Shown piece by piece: positions 20,097 to 31,500 of a stretch of DNA of 52,713 nt. The notes beneath the pieces were generated by a model that was not told the DNA's origin, searched no databases, and worked only from the letters and a program-made list of their open reading frames with translations. The stretch lies in NCBI GenBank assembly GCA_035562895.1, contig DATMVT010000141.1, positions 1 through 52,713 of the forward strand. Direction: 5' to 3'. This DNA comes from Patescibacteria group bacterium. GTDB lineage: Bacteria > Pseudomonadota > Gammaproteobacteria > Xanthomonadales > Ahniellaceae. Numbering within the stretch: the stretch's first letter is position 1; each line of letters begins with the position of its first letter. The position numbers were made by a program, and so were the translations under genes.

Positions 20097-21424
20097 CCGA
20101 AGTTGCTGGTTCCCTGTTCTGGTACATCGTCACCATCGGCCTGCTCGTGACCTTCCACGAGTTCGGACACTTCTGGGTGGCGCGCCGCTGCGGCGTCAAG
20201 GTGCACCGATTCTCGATCGGCTTCGGTCGCCCGCTTTGGTCGCGCTTCGGCCGCGACGGCACCGAATACGTGCTCGCCGCGATTCCGCTGGGCGGCTACG
20301 TCTCGATGCTGGACGAACGTGCCGAGGACGTCGCGCCGGCACAATTGCACCAGGCGCTGAATCGGAAGCCGGTCTGGCAGAAGATCGCGGTCGCGGCCGC
20401 GGGACCGCTGGCGAACGTGCTCCTCGCCCTCGTCGTCTACTGGGCGATGTTCATGGTCGGCAAACCCGACTTCCAACCGGTGCTCGGTCAGGTCAGCGGC
20501 CTTTCGGCCGAAGCCGGGCTGAGAACCGGCATGCGGGTCACGGCCATCGACGGCGTGACCACGGACGCCTGGTCCGAAGTCGGCATGGCGGTGTTCGAAG
20601 GCGCCTTGTACCGCCGCGACATCACCTTGTCCGTGCGCGAACCGGATGGCGATTCCGCCACCCATGTGCTGCGCCTCAGCGGCATCGCCCGCGACGTTCC
20701 GGACGAGAAGATCGGCGGCCTGCTCGGCCTGCAGCGCCACCAGCCCGCGCTGATCGGACAAGTCTTGCCCGAGGCCGCAGGCGCCAAGGCCGGCTTGCGC
20801 AGCGGCGACCTGATCATGAGCGTCGACGGCGAACCGGTGACCGACTTCGACCACTTGCGCGCGGTCCTGCAGCGACAAGCGCGGGACGGCGAGATCGCAT
20901 TGCTGGTCGAACGCGAGGGCGAACGACAGCGCCTGCTCGCCCGGCCCGACGCGGTGACCGAGGACGGCCAGACGGTCTTCAGGCTGGGCATCGGCGCGGG
21001 CACCCGCCACGACCATGTTCGCCGCTACGGCCCGCTCGCGGCCATGCCCGCGGCCCTGACCGAGGCCTCGACGGTCACCACGAAGTCGCTGCAGTTCCTC
21101 AAGGACATGCTCCTCGGGGCACTTTCGACCAAACACTTGTCCGGACCGATCACCATCGCCCAAGTCGCGAACCTGAGCGCGAACGAAGGATTGCCGTGGT
21201 TTCTCGGATTCCTCGGCGCGGTGTCGCTCGGCCTGGCGATCCTGAACCTGCTTCCGATCCCGATCTTGGACGGGGGTCATATCCTGTATTACCTTATCGA
21301 ACTGATCAAAGGCAGTCCGGTCAGCGAACGGACGCTGGTTGCCGGCCAATACATCGGTCTGGTGATGCTGTCCGGCCTGATCGGGCTCGCCTTCTTCAAC
21401 GATCTATCCGGCCTGTTCCGCTGA
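20093..21424 (+). CDS. rseP: RIP zinc metalloprotease RseP (site-2 protease)
   Basis: [11 protein letters not shown] zinc motif with the His at residue 22 when started at ATG 20093 (ATGA overlap with the dxr stop). PDZ region [14 protein letters not shown]-terminal [13 protein letters not shown]. Confidence 0.9.
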   Translation: MTEVAGSLFWYIVTIGLLVTFHEFGHFWVARRCGVKVHRFSIGFGRPLWSRFGRDGTEYVLAAIPLGGYVSMLDERAEDVAPAQLHQALNRKPVWQKIAVAAAGPLANVLLALVVYWAMFMVGKPDFQPVLGQVSGLSAEAGLRTGMRVTAIDGVTTDAWSEVGMAVFEGALYRRDITLSVREPDGDSATHVLRLSGIARDVPDEKIGGLLGLQRHQPALIGQVLPEAAGAKAGLRSGDLIMSVDGEPVTDFDHLRAVLQRQARDGEIALLVEREGERQRLLARPDAVTEDGQTVFRLGIGAGTRHDHVRRYGPLAAMPAALTEASTVTTKSLQFLKDMLLGALSTKHLSGPITIAQVANLSANEGLPWFLGFLGAVSLGLAILNLLPIPILDGGHILYYLIELIKGSPVSERTLVAGQYIGLVMLSGLIGLAFFNDLSGLFR

Positions 21425-21543
21425 ATGCCCTTTCGGCACGGCGCACACCAAGCATGTGCGCCGGCCTGCGCCCAAACCCGTCCGGGATCAACCCCCGGGC
21501 AACCCTGCTGCGCGCTGGCGTCGCGGTGGTCATTGATGGAGTG

Positions 21544-23967
21544 ATGATGAAACGTATTGCTGCGCTGGTCCTGGTCGCTTCGCTGTGCGCGCAGAATGCC
21601 GCCGCGTTCGATGCCTTCACGGTGTCGGACATCCGACTTGAAGGCCTCACCCGAATTCCCGCCGGCACGGTGTTCAGCGCCTTGCCGATCGAGAAAGGCG
21701 ACCGCATCGACAGCAGCCGTGCCTCTGCGGCGGTGCGTGCGTTGTTCAAGACCGGTTTCTTCAACGACATCGAGCTCAGCCGCCAGGGTGACATCCTCGT
21801 CGTGAAGGTCAGCGAGCGACCCGCCATCTCGAAGCTCGAGATCACCGGCAACAAGGATCTCAAGACCGAAGACCTGATGAAGGGCTTGCGCGACATCGGT
21901 CTGGTCGAAGGTGAGACCTTCAACCGCCTCGAGCTCGACCGCCTCACCCAGGAACTGACGCGCCAGTACAACAACCGCGGCAAGTACAACGTCAGCATCA
22001 AGCCGGAAGTCGAGGATCTCGATCGCAATCGCGTATCGATCAAGATCACCGTCAGCGAGGGCAAGGCAGCCAAGATCCGGCACCTCAACGTCGTCGGCAA
22101 CAAGGCGTTTCCGGACGAGGACATCATCGAGAGTTTCGAGTCCGGGTCGAGCAACTGGCTGAGCTGGTACAAGCGCGACGATCAGTATTCGCGCGAGAAG
22201 CTCTCCGGCGACATGGAGAAACTCGCGTCCTATTACCAGGATCGCGGCTATGTCGATTTCGCCGTCGAATCCACGCAGGTCTCGATCAGCCCCAACCGCA
22301 AGGAGCTGTTCGTCACGGCGAACGTTCGCGAAGGCGATGTCTACACGCTCACCGACATCAAGTTGACCGGCGAACTCGTGGTCAAGGAAGACCTGCTGCG
22401 CAAGCTGATCACGGCCAAGCCCGGAGAAACCTATTCGCGCGGCAAGCTCGAACGGGCGTCCGAAGCGATGACGCGCGTCCTGTCGAACATCGGCTACGCG
22501 TTCGCGGAAGTGACGCCGGTGCCGACCGTGGATCGCGAGAAACGCGAAGTCGGCGTCACGTTCTTCGTGAATCCGGGCAAGCGCGCCTACGTGCGACGCA
22601 TCAATTTCATCGGCAACCAACGCACCCAGGATGAAGTCCTGCGTCGCGAAATGCGCCAGCTCGAGGGGGCGTGGTTCTCGCAGGCCGCGATCGACCGCTC
22701 CAAGGGCCGACTGCAGCGCCTCGGCTATTTCAAGGAAGTCACGGTCGAGACGCCGAAGGTGCCCGGCTCCGATGACCAGGTCGACATCAATTTCACGGTC
22801 GAGGAACAAAGTGCCGGCAGCTTCCAGTTCGGCGTCGGCTACTCGGAATTGCAAGGCATCATCACCTCGGTGTCGTTGACCCAGCGCAACTTCCTCGGCA
22901 CCGGCAACACCGTCGGCACGACCATCCAGAACAACGACTACGTCAAGCGATTCGATTTCAATTTCTTCGACCCCTACTTCACCGACGACGGACTCAGCAT
23001 CGGCTACAACTTCAGCCTGCGTGAGCTCGACCAGGGTCAGGCCAACCTCGCCGCATACACCGCCGACACGGCCGCCGGAGAAGTGTTGTTCGGCATTCCG
23101 CTGACTGAAGTCGATACGCTGTCACTGTCGTTCGGCCTCGACAAGAACGACATCACCACCGTCGATGGTTCGACCCCGCCTTCGCTGATCCAGTATCTGG
23201 TCGATGAGCTCGGCGACCGCGCCCGCAATACCTTTCCATGCAACGGACCGGACACCGATACTGACGGTGACGGCCCGGATACCGATACCGACATCACCAC
23301 CGGTGTCTGCAATGGCGTGTTCCGCCAGTGGACGGTCAATACCTGGGCGGTGCAGGCTGGCTGGCAGCGCGACTCCCGCAACAAGTTCTTCGCCCCGACG
23401 CGCGGTTCCTACCAGCGCATCGGCGCCGAGGTCGCCCTGCCCGGTTCCGACCTCGAGTGGTACAAGATCGGCTACGAAATCGGCCGCTACTTCCCGCTGT
23501 GGGGCGACTACTCGCTGCTGGCCAAAGCCGAACTCGGCTATGGCGACGGCTATGGCGAGACCGGAAGTTTGCCGTTCTACCAGAATTTCTATGCCGGCGG
23601 CGTGCGCTCGGTCCGTGGCTTCGAGGACAACACCCTCGGACCCACCGAACCTGCCTATGCCAACAGCAGCTATCTCCAGCCCCTGGGCGGCGCCTTCAAG
23701 GCGGTGGGTGGCCTCGAACTGATCATCCCGACGCCGATGACCAAGGGCGACTCGGACACCGCGCAGTTGTCCGCATTCGTCGACGTCGGCAACGTGTTCG
23801 AGGACTTCGATGCCTTCGACGCCGGCGAGTTGCGCGCGTCCGCGGGCCTGTCGCTGAAGTGGCAGGCGCCGGTCGGCCCGATCATCATCAACCTGGTGCG
23901 TCCGATCAAGAAGCAGGACGGCGACCGCACCGAGGGCATCCAGTTCTCGTTCGGTCAGCAGTTCTGA
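21544..23967 (+). CDS. bamA: Outer membrane protein assembly factor BamA
   Basis: Signal peptide MMKRIAALVLVASLCAQNAAA, POTRA repeats, loop-6 motif VRSVRGFEDNTLGP and C-terminal barrel terminus QFSFGQQF. The upstream part of ORF 20080.. is read-through overlapping rseP in another frame. Confidence 0.93.
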   Translation: MMKRIAALVLVASLCAQNAAAFDAFTVSDIRLEGLTRIPAGTVFSALPIEKGDRIDSSRASAAVRALFKTGFFNDIELSRQGDILVVKVSERPAISKLEITGNKDLKTEDLMKGLRDIGLVEGETFNRLELDRLTQELTRQYNNRGKYNVSIKPEVEDLDRNRVSIKITVSEGKAAKIRHLNVVGNKAFPDEDIIESFESGSSNWLSWYKRDDQYSREKLSGDMEKLASYYQDRGYVDFAVESTQVSISPNRKELFVTANVREGDVYTLTDIKLTGELVVKEDLLRKLITAKPGETYSRGKLERASEAMTRVLSNIGYAFAEVTPVPTVDREKREVGVTFFVNPGKRAYVRRINFIGNQRTQDEVLRREMRQLEGAWFSQAAIDRSKGRLQRLGYFKEVTVETPKVPGSDDQVDINFTVEEQSAGSFQFGVGYSELQGIITSVSLTQRNFLGTGNTVGTTIQNNDYVKRFDFNFFDPYFTDDGLSIGYNFSLRELDQGQANLAAYTADTAAGEVLFGIPLTEVDTLSLSFGLDKNDITTVDGSTPPSLIQYLVDELGDRARNTFPCNGPDTDTDGDGPDTDTDITTGVCNGVFRQWTVNTWAVQAGWQRDSRNKFFAPTRGSYQRIGAEVALPGSDLEWYKIGYEIGRYFPLWGDYSLLAKAELGYGDGYGETGSLPFYQNFYAGGVRSVRGFEDNTLGPTEPAYANSSYLQPLGGAFKAVGGLELIIPTPMTKGDSDTAQLSAFVDVGNVFEDFDAFDAGELRASAGLSLKWQAPVGPIIINLVRPIKKQDGDRTEGIQFSFGQQF
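23245..23292 (+). repeat. Imperfect 21-nt tandem repeat inside bamA encoding GPDTDTD-GD-GPDTDTD
   Basis: ggaccggacaccgatactgac (23245..23265) and ggcccggataccgataccgac (23272..23292), separated by ggtgac. Cys codons flank the pair at 23239 and 23308. Confidence 0.85.
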
Positions 23968-23983
23968 GAATGGTGCCGGAACG

Positions 23984-24535
23984 ATGGCCGCGCGCTCCGT
24001 GCCAAAGTTCCGACTCCGTGCCGGGCTGATCCTCGCCGGCGCGATTCTCTGGTTGTGCGCGTCGTTCGCTCATGCGCAGTCGGCACGGATCGGCTACGTC
24101 GACATGAAACGGCTGATCGACAATGCACCGCAGGTCGTGGACACGCGCCGCCGGCTCGAGACCGAGTTCAACCCGCGCAACAAGGCGCTCGAGTCCGAGC
24201 AGTCGCGCCTCGCCGAACTGGAAGCGAGAGACCGCCGCGATTCGGCGATCCTGCCGAAAGCCGCTGCGGATTCGCTTAAGCGCGAGATCGAAGCCCTGCG
24301 CAAGTCGATCGATCGCACCCGCAAGCGCCTGGCCGAGGAATTCAAGGCACGCGGTGACGAGGAGTTCAATCGTCAATGGCCGCGCATCGAGGCCGCCGTG
24401 ATCGCGCACGCGCGCGAGAACCAACTCGATCTCGTCGTGCAGGCGCCGGTGATGTATGCAAGCGCCCAGATCGACATCACCGATGCCGTGCTCGCGCGCC
24501 TGAAGCGCGAAGCCGGCGCCGCACCGGTCCGTTGA
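23984..24535 (+). CDS. skp: Periplasmic chaperone Skp (OmpH family)
   Basis: Signal peptide followed by a coiled-coil-rich ~160 aa region (IGYVDMKRLIDNAPQ...). Conserved position between bamA and lpxD. Confidence 0.85.
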   Translation: MAARSVPKFRLRAGLILAGAILWLCASFAHAQSARIGYVDMKRLIDNAPQVVDTRRRLETEFNPRNKALESEQSRLAELEARDRRDSAILPKAAADSLKREIEALRKSIDRTRKRLAEEFKARGDEEFNRQWPRIEAAVIAHARENQLDLVVQAPVMYASAQIDITDAVLARLKREAGAAPVR

Positions 24536-25551
24536 TGCCTGCGCTGACCGCCATCGCCGAACGCTTCGGACTCGAACTCCGCGGCGACGGATCGCCAGTC
24601 ATTCGCGGCGTCGGCACCTTGTCCGATGCCGGTCCGGACCAGATCGGCTTTCTCGCCAACCCCGCCTATCGCGCACAACTCGCCGGAACACGCGCGGCCG
24701 CCGTCGTGCTTTCGGAGAACGACGCGTCTCACGCGACCGGTACCGTCCTGATCAGCCGCAATCCCTATGCCGATTTCGCACGCATCGCGGCGCTGTTCGA
24801 GCACCGCGACGTGCCCCCGGCGGGCTGCCATCCCAGCGCCATCGTCGCAGACGATGCCTGCATCGATGCGGGTGCCCATGTCGGCGCACACTGCGTGATC
24901 GGCGCCCGCAGCCGCGTCGAGGCGGGTGCCGTCGTCGGTCCAGGCTGCGTGATCGGCGACGATTGCGTCGTCGGCCGAGACAGCCGCCTGGTGGCCCGCG
25001 TGACCCTCGTCCTGCGCGTGCAGATCGGGGCGCGCGTGCTGATTCACCCCGGTGCCGTGATCGGCGCCGACGGCTTCGGACTCGCGTTCGATCAAGGCAG
25101 CTGGATCAAGGTCCCGCAACTCGGCGGCGTCGTGATCGGCGACGATTGCGAGATCGGCGCGAACACGACCATCGACCGTGGCGCGCTCGGCGACACCGTG
25201 CTCGAAGAAGATGTGCGACTCGACAACCAGATCCAGGTCGGCCACAACGTGCGCATCGGCGCACATACCGCCATCGCCGGATGTGCTGCGATCGCGGGCA
25301 GCACACGCATCGGGCGCCACTGCCTGATCGCGGGCGGTGCCGGTATCATCGGACATCTGGAGATCGCCGACCGCGTCACCGTGGGCGCGATGAGTCTGGT
25401 CACGCACGACCTGCGCGAACCGGGTGAATACGCGTCCGGCACGCCGATCCAGCCGAAGCGCGAATGGCTCCGTAACGCGGCGCGCTTCGGCCAACTCGAT
25501 CAACTCGCACGACGCGTGCGCAAACGCCTTGGGGAAGGAAACGATGAATGA
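24535..25551 (+). CDS. lpxD: UDP-3-O-acylglucosamine N-acyltransferase
   Basis: Left-handed beta-helix hexapeptide repeats, N-terminal LAERFGLELRGDG and GFLANPAYRAQL. The ATG overlaps the skp stop by 1 nt (TGATG). Confidence 0.92.
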   Translation: MPALTAIAERFGLELRGDGSPVIRGVGTLSDAGPDQIGFLANPAYRAQLAGTRAAAVVLSENDASHATGTVLISRNPYADFARIAALFEHRDVPPAGCHPSAIVADDACIDAGAHVGAHCVIGARSRVEAGAVVGPGCVIGDDCVVGRDSRLVARVTLVLRVQIGARVLIHPGAVIGADGFGLAFDQGSWIKVPQLGGVVIGDDCEIGANTTIDRGALGDTVLEEDVRLDNQIQVGHNVRIGAHTAIAGCAAIAGSTRIGRHCLIAGGAGIIGHLEIADRVTVGAMSLVTHDLREPGEYASGTPIQPKREWLRNAARFGQLDQLARRVRKRLGEGNDE

Positions 25552-26017
25552 GCAATCCGGCGGCGTGAAATTGCCGATCGAAGTCACCGAGATCATGGCG
25601 ATGCTGCCGCATCGCTATCCATTCCTGCTGGTCGATCGCGTCATCGAGTTCGAACCGAACAAGCGCGTCCTCGCGATCAAGAACGTGACGGTCAACGAGC
25701 CCTGCTTCACCGGTCATTTTCCGGGTCATCCGGTGATGCCGGGCGTGCTCGTGATCGAGGCGATGGCGCAGGCTTCGGGCATCCTGACGCAGCTGTCGAA
25801 CGGATTCGAACGCAGCAAGAACCAGCTCTACTACCTCGTGCGCGTCGACAAGGCACGTTTCACGCGTACCGTCGTGCCGGGTGACCAACTCAAGCTCGAA
25901 GTGCTGCAGAAACGCCTGATCCGCCGCATGGGTCTGTACGAATGCCGCGCCCTGGTCGGCGATCAGGAAGTCGCCAGCGCCGAAATCCTCTGCGCGGCAC
26001 CGGAATCGAACGCATGA
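25544..26017 (+). CDS. fabZ: 3-hydroxyacyl-ACP dehydratase FabZ
   Basis: LPHRYPFLLVDRV, NEPCFTGHFPGHPVMPGVLVIEAMAQ. Confidence 0.95.
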   Translation: MNEQSGGVKLPIEVTEIMAMLPHRYPFLLVDRVIEFEPNKRVLAIKNVTVNEPCFTGHFPGHPVMPGVLVIEAMAQASGILTQLSNGFERSKNQLYYLVRVDKARFTRTVVPGDQLKLEVLQKRLIRRMGLYECRALVGDQEVASAEILCAAPESNA

Positions 26018-26784
26018 TCCATCCCAGCGCCCTGATCGATCCTGCCGCGACGATCGGCGCCAACGTGTCGATCGGCGCATTCTCGATCATCGGCGCCGGT
26101 GTCGAGATCGGCGACGACTGCGAGATCGGCCCGCATGTCGTGATCGAAGGCCCGACGCGCATCGGACCGCGCAATCGTTTCTTCCAGTTCAGCTCGATCG
26201 GTGCCGAGCCGCAGGACAAGAAGTTCAGGGGCGAGCAGGCCACGCTCGAGATCGGCGCGGACAACGTCATCCGCGAGTTCGTCACCCTGAATCGCGGCAC
26301 CAGCGACGGCGGCGGAATCACGCGCGTCGGCGACCGCAACTGGATCATGGCTTACGTGCACATGGCGCACGACTGCATCGTCGGCAACGACTGCATTTTC
26401 GCGAACGCATCGTCGCTGGCCGGCCACGTGCGCGTCGACGACTTCGTCATCCTCGGCGGCTTTTCGCTGGTGCACCAGTTCTGCCAGATCGGCGCACATG
26501 CGTTCACTGCCATGGGCTCGGTGATCAATCGCGATGTCCCGCCCTACACCGTGGTCGCCGGCAGCTATGCCGAGCCCAAGGGCATCAACTCCGAAGGACT
26601 GAAGCGCCGCGGTTTCTCGACAGACTCGATCATGTCGATCAAGCGCGCCTACCGCACGCTGTACCTGTCCGGCCTGCCGTTGGCGGACGCACGCGCGGAG
26701 ATCGCGAAAGCGGCCGAAGCTTCCGATGAATTGCGGATCCTGTCCCAGTTCATCGACCGTTCCGAACGCTCGTTGATCCGCTGA
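26014..26784 (+). CDS. lpxA: Acyl-ACP--UDP-N-acetylglucosamine O-acyltransferase
   Basis: MIHPSALIDPAATIGANVSIG hexapeptide repeats, HMAHDCIVGN, GINSEGLKRRGF. ATGA overlap with the fabZ stop. Confidence 0.95.
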   Translation: MIHPSALIDPAATIGANVSIGAFSIIGAGVEIGDDCEIGPHVVIEGPTRIGPRNRFFQFSSIGAEPQDKKFRGEQATLEIGADNVIREFVTLNRGTSDGGGITRVGDRNWIMAYVHMAHDCIVGNDCIFANASSLAGHVRVDDFVILGGFSLVHQFCQIGAHAFTAMGSVINRDVPPYTVVAGSYAEPKGINSEGLKRRGFSTDSIMSIKRAYRTLYLSGLPLADARAEIAKAAEASDELRILSQFIDRSERSLIR

Positions 26785-26788
26785 CGCC

Positions 26789-27946
26789 GTGAATCCGCGC
26801 CCGTTCCGCATCGCACTGATCGCCGGCGAAACCTCCGGCGACCAGATCGGCGCCGATCTCATCGCCGCATTGAAGCTGCGCTATCCGCGCGCGCAATTCG
26901 CGGGCATTGGCGGCCATCGCATGCGTCGTGCCGGTTGCGACACCTGGCACGACGCGTCCGAGCTCGCGGTGATGGGGCTCGTCGAAGTGCTGCGTCATCT
27001 GCCGCGCCTGCTCAAGCTCCGCGCCGGCGTCGTGAAACGCCTGCGCGAATGGAAGCCGGACGTGTTCATCGGCATCGATGCGCCCGACTTCAATCTCGGC
27101 ATCGAACGAAAGCTCAAGGCAACGGGCATTCGCACCATCCACTACGTGAGTCCGTCGATCTGGGCTTGGCGTCCGGGGCGCGCGAAGAAGATCGGCGCCT
27201 CGGCCGACCGCGTTCTCTGCCTGTTCCCGATGGAGCCGCCGATCTATGCGCGCTACGGTGTCGACGCCCGCTTCGTCGGCCACCCGCTGGCCGAACGCTT
27301 CGAGAACCGGCTGACGCAGGCCGACGCCCGTGGCGCGCTGGAACTGCCGCTGAAGGGACGCGTGCTCGCCATCCTGCCCGGCAGCCGCATCGGCGAGATC
27401 GAACGACTCGGCGAGATCTTCGTGCAGGCGGCGCTGCAATGCGCGAATGCGATCTCCGGCCTGAAGCTGATTGCACCGATGGCCGACAGCGACTGTGCCA
27501 AGGCATTCGACGCGATCCTCGCGAAGCATCGACTGCGTGGCCAGATCGCGACCTTCGAAGGACGTGCCCACGAGGCCTTGTGGGCGGCCGATGTCGTGCT
27601 CACCGCCTCCGGCACCGCCGCGCTCGAAGCCGGCCTCGCGGAAACGCCGATGGTGGTGGCACACCGCATCCATCCGCTGAGTTACCGCTTCGTGCGACTG
27701 TTCGGTTTGCTGAACTCGAAGCATGTCTCGTTGCCGAACATCCTGCTCAACGGAGCCGTCGTTCCGGAGTTGCTGCAGGACGATTGCACCGTCGAGAAGA
27801 TCACCGACGCGCTGCTCGCGATGTTCCGAGACGAAGCCCGCATCGAACTGATCCAGACCCAGTTGTCGACGCTGCTGCCCCTGCTCGCCGGCGGTGGCTC
27901 CGAGGCCGCGGCCGATGCGGTCGGCGAACTGATCGAGCGCGGCTGA
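26789..27946 (+). CDS. lpxB: Lipid-A-disaccharide synthase
   Basis: [56 protein letters not shown] start. Confidence 0.92.
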   Translation: MNPRPFRIALIAGETSGDQIGADLIAALKLRYPRAQFAGIGGHRMRRAGCDTWHDASELAVMGLVEVLRHLPRLLKLRAGVVKRLREWKPDVFIGIDAPDFNLGIERKLKATGIRTIHYVSPSIWAWRPGRAKKIGASADRVLCLFPMEPPIYARYGVDARFVGHPLAERFENRLTQADARGALELPLKGRVLAILPGSRIGEIERLGEIFVQAALQCANAISGLKLIAPMADSDCAKAFDAILAKHRLRGQIATFEGRAHEALWAADVVLTASGTAALEAGLAETPMVVAHRIHPLSYRFVRLFGLLNSKHVSLPNILLNGAVVPELLQDDCTVEKITDALLAMFRDEARIELIQTQLSTLLPLLAGGGSEAAADAVGELIERG

Positions 27947-28524
27947 TGCGCATCGCCGGCGTCGATGAGGCCGGTCGCGGACCGCTGGCCGGCCCGGTCG
28001 TGGTCGCGGCCGTCATCCTCGACCCTGAACAGCCGATCGACGGGCTCGACGACTCGAAGCAATTGAGCGGATCGCGCCGCGCCGTGCTCGATGCCGAAAT
28101 CCGCAAGCGTGCACTCGCCTTCTGCGTGATCGAAATCGACATCGACGCCATCGACCGCCACAACATCCTGCACGCCACGCTGATCGGCATGCGCGCAGCA
28201 TTGCAAGGTCTGGCGATCGCGCCCGACGAGGCGCTGATCGACGGCAACAAGTTGCCCCGAGACTTGCCCTGTCCGGCCCGCGCGATCGTCGATGGCGATG
28301 CCCTCGTTGCCGAGATCAGCGCCGCGTCGATCCTCGCCAAGGTGCATCGCGACCGCCTCATGGTCGAACTCGATGCCGTGCATCCGGGCTACGGCTTCGC
28401 GACCCACAAGGGCTATCCGACGCCCGAGCATCTGGCGGCGCTGGAACGCCTCGGGCCATGCCCGGCGCATCGCCGCAGTTTCGCGCCGGTGAAGCGTTTC
28501 TTCGACACCGACCTGTTCGCTTGA
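27946..28524 (+). CDS. rnhB: Ribonuclease HII
   Basis: [51 protein letters not shown]. The ATG overlaps the lpxB stop by 1 nt. Confidence 0.95.
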   Translation: MRIAGVDEAGRGPLAGPVVVAAVILDPEQPIDGLDDSKQLSGSRRAVLDAEIRKRALAFCVIEIDIDAIDRHNILHATLIGMRAALQGLAIAPDEALIDGNKLPRDLPCPARAIVDGDALVAEISAASILAKVHRDRLMVELDAVHPGYGFATHKGYPTPEHLAALERLGPCPAHRRSFAPVKRFFDTDLFA

Positions 28525-28579
28525 GCACCCGGACATGTCAAGCCTTGAGCCGCCTCCAGGCCACGGCTAAGGTGCCGCG

Positions 28580-31500
28580 ATGACCGCGACCTTCGTCCAT
28601 CTGCACCTGCACACCGAATATTCGCTGGTCGATTCGACGATCCGCATCGACCGTCTGGTGACGGCCTGCGCGGCGGCCGGCATGCCGGCCGTGGCGATGA
28701 CCGACGACACCAATCTGTTCGCGCTGGTGAAGTTTTACAACGCCGTCGAAAAAGCTGGCCTGAAGCCGATCATCGGCTGCGACCTGTGGGTCGGCGAGCG
28801 CGGCGATGACCTGACGCGTGCGACGGTCCTGTGCCAGAACCGTGACGGTTACCTGCGCCTGTCCCGCCTGTTGTCCGCTGCCTATCGCGAGCGCGGCAAG
28901 TCCGAGCGCGTGTTCGTGCCGCGCGCGAAGCTGTTGGCGGACAATACCGGCCTCGTCGCGCTGCTCGGTCGGCCGTCGGAACTGATCGCCGCGCCCGATG
29001 TCGACAGCGCCGAGCGCCTGCTCGAGGACTGGCGCCGCGGCTTCGACGACCGCCTGTATCTCGAACTTACCCGTTGCGGGCGAGTGGACGAGGCCACGCA
29101 ACAGCAGCGTCTGCTGCACCTCGCCGGCCGCCGCGACGTGCCCGTCGTCGCGACCAACGACACGCGCTTCCTTGCCCGCGAGGACTTCGAGGCCCATGAA
29201 GCGCGTGTCTGCATCGCCACTGGCCGCGTGCTCAATGACCCGAAGCGACCGCGCCATCACACCGACCAGCAGTACCTGAAGACGCCGGCGGAAATGCGCG
29301 AGACCTTTGCCGACTGTCCGGAGGCGATCGAGAACGCGGTCGAACTGGCGAAACGCCTGAACATCGAGATGAGTTTCGGCAAGTACTACCTGCCCGCATT
29401 CCCGGTGCCTGAGGAACACACGCTCGACAGCTTCATCCGTTCCCGGGCGCATGCCGGACTGGACGATCGCTTCGCCAGCTATCGCGGCGAACTGCCGTTC
29501 CCGCGCCAGACCTACGTCGAGCGCCTCGACATCGAACTCGACGTGATCGTGAAGATGGGCTTTCCCGGCTACTTCCTGATCGTCGCCGACTTCATCAACT
29601 GGTCCAAGGAAAACGGCATTCCGGTCGGTCCCGGCCGTGGCTCCGGTGCCGGCTCGCTGGTCGCGTACGCGCTCAAGATCACCGACCTCGACCCGTTGCC
29701 GCAAGACCTGCTGTTCGAGCGCTTTCTCAATCCCGAACGCGTGTCGATGCCCGACTTCGACATCGACTTCTGCATGGATCGCCGCGACGAGGTGATCGAC
29801 TACGTCGCGCGCAAGTACGGCCGCGACCGGGTCAGCCAGATCATCACCTACGGCACCATGGCGGCGAAGGCGGTGGTGCGAGACACCGGCCGCGTCCTCG
29901 GCATGGGCTACGGCCACGTCGATTCGATCGCGAAGCTCATTCCGACCACGCTCGGCATCACCCTCGACGACGCCATCGCCGAATCCGCCGAACTGCGCGA
30001 GCGCATGGCCGCCGAGGACGAGGTGGCGACGCTGATCGAACTGGCGCGCAAGCTCGAGGACCTGACCCGCAATGCCGGCAAGCACGCCGGCGGCGTGGTC
30101 ATCGCGCCGACGCCGCTTCCGGACTTCGCGCCGCTGTACTGCGAAGAAGGCGGCGAGAGCGTCGTCACGCAATTCGACAAGGACGACGTCGAGAAGGCTG
30201 GACTGGTGAAGTTCGACTTCCTCGGGCTGCGCACGCTGACGATCATCGACTGGGCGGTCAAGGCGATCAACGCCGGACGCGTCGGCAGCGGCGAAGCAGC
30301 GCTCGACATCGCGCATCTGCCCATGGACGACGCGGCCACCTATGCCCTGCTCTCGCGTGGCGACACCACGGCGGTGTTCCAGTTCGAATCGCGCGGCATG
30401 AAGGACTACATCCGCAAGCTGCAGCCACAGGGCTTCGACGACATCGTCGCGCTTGCCGCACTGTTCCGCCCGGGCCCACTCGGCGCCGGCATGGTCGATG
30501 ACTTCATCAATCGCCGTCATGGCCGCGCCGAGGTCAGTTATCCGCATCCCAGCCTGGAACCGATCCTGAAGCCGACCTATGGCGTCATCGTCTATCAGGA
30601 GCAGGTGATGCAGATTGCGCAGGTTCTGGCCGGCTACACGCTCGGCGGCGCCGACCTGCTGCGTCGCGCGATGGGCAAGAAGATCGCCTCCGAGATGGCC
30701 GAACAGCGATCGATCTTCGAGGCCGGTGCCGCGAAGAACGGCGTCGATCCGGACGTCGCGCGCGGCATCTTCGACCTGATGGAAAAGTTCGCCGACTACG
30801 GCTTCAACAAGTCGCATTCGGCGGCCTATGCACTCGTCGCCTACCAGACCGCGTGGCTGAAGGCGCACTACCCGGCCGAGTTCATGGCCGCGACGCTGTC
30901 GTCGGACATGGACAACACCGACAAGCTGGTTGCCTTTCTCGACGATGCGAAGGAGGTGTGCGGATTGCAGATCCTGCCGCCAGACGTCAATTCATCGACC
31001 TACATGTTCGAGGCACTCGACGCGAAGCGCATCCGCTACGGACTCGGTGCGATCAAGGGCGTCGGACGTGCCGCCTGCGAAGCCATCGCCGATGCGCGCC
31101 GGGTGCATGGCGCCTACGCATCGCTGGACGAGCTCGCGCAACGCGTGGACGGCAATCGACTGAACAAGCGCGTGCTCGAAGCACTGGTGAATGCCGGCGC
31201 GCTCGACGCGCTCGGCCACAACCGTGCAACCTTGATGAACCATCTGCCGGAAGCCATGAAGGGAGCCGAGCAACAGGCGCGCAACCGCGATGCCGGTCAG
31301 ATCGACATCTTCGGCCAGTCGGCTGTCTCGGCGGCACCGCCCGTGATCGTCCGGACGCTGCCGGAATGGCCCCTGCTGCAGCGTCTGCACGGTGAGCGCG
31401 AAACGCTCGGTCACTATCTGTCCGGTCATCCGGCGGACGCCTACAAGAGCGAGCTGAAGCAACTCACCTCGGGGCCGATCGGCAAGGCCGAAGAGTTCTA

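Noticed and set aside
21440-21465. A small hairpin (GGCGCAC-N9-GTGCGCC) in the rseP-bamA spacer.
   Set aside because: The stem is short and no U-tract follows it. It is insufficient to call a terminator or regulatory RNA.
20080-21543. Upstream 488 codons of ORF 20080..23967, and the similar N-terminal extensions of the ORFs containing radA (3436..3591), frr, uppS, dxr, rnhB, accA and lpxD.
   Set aside because: These are read-through of open frames across the preceding genes. The conserved N-termini, signal peptide or RBS, and ATGA/TGATG junctions identify the internal starts.
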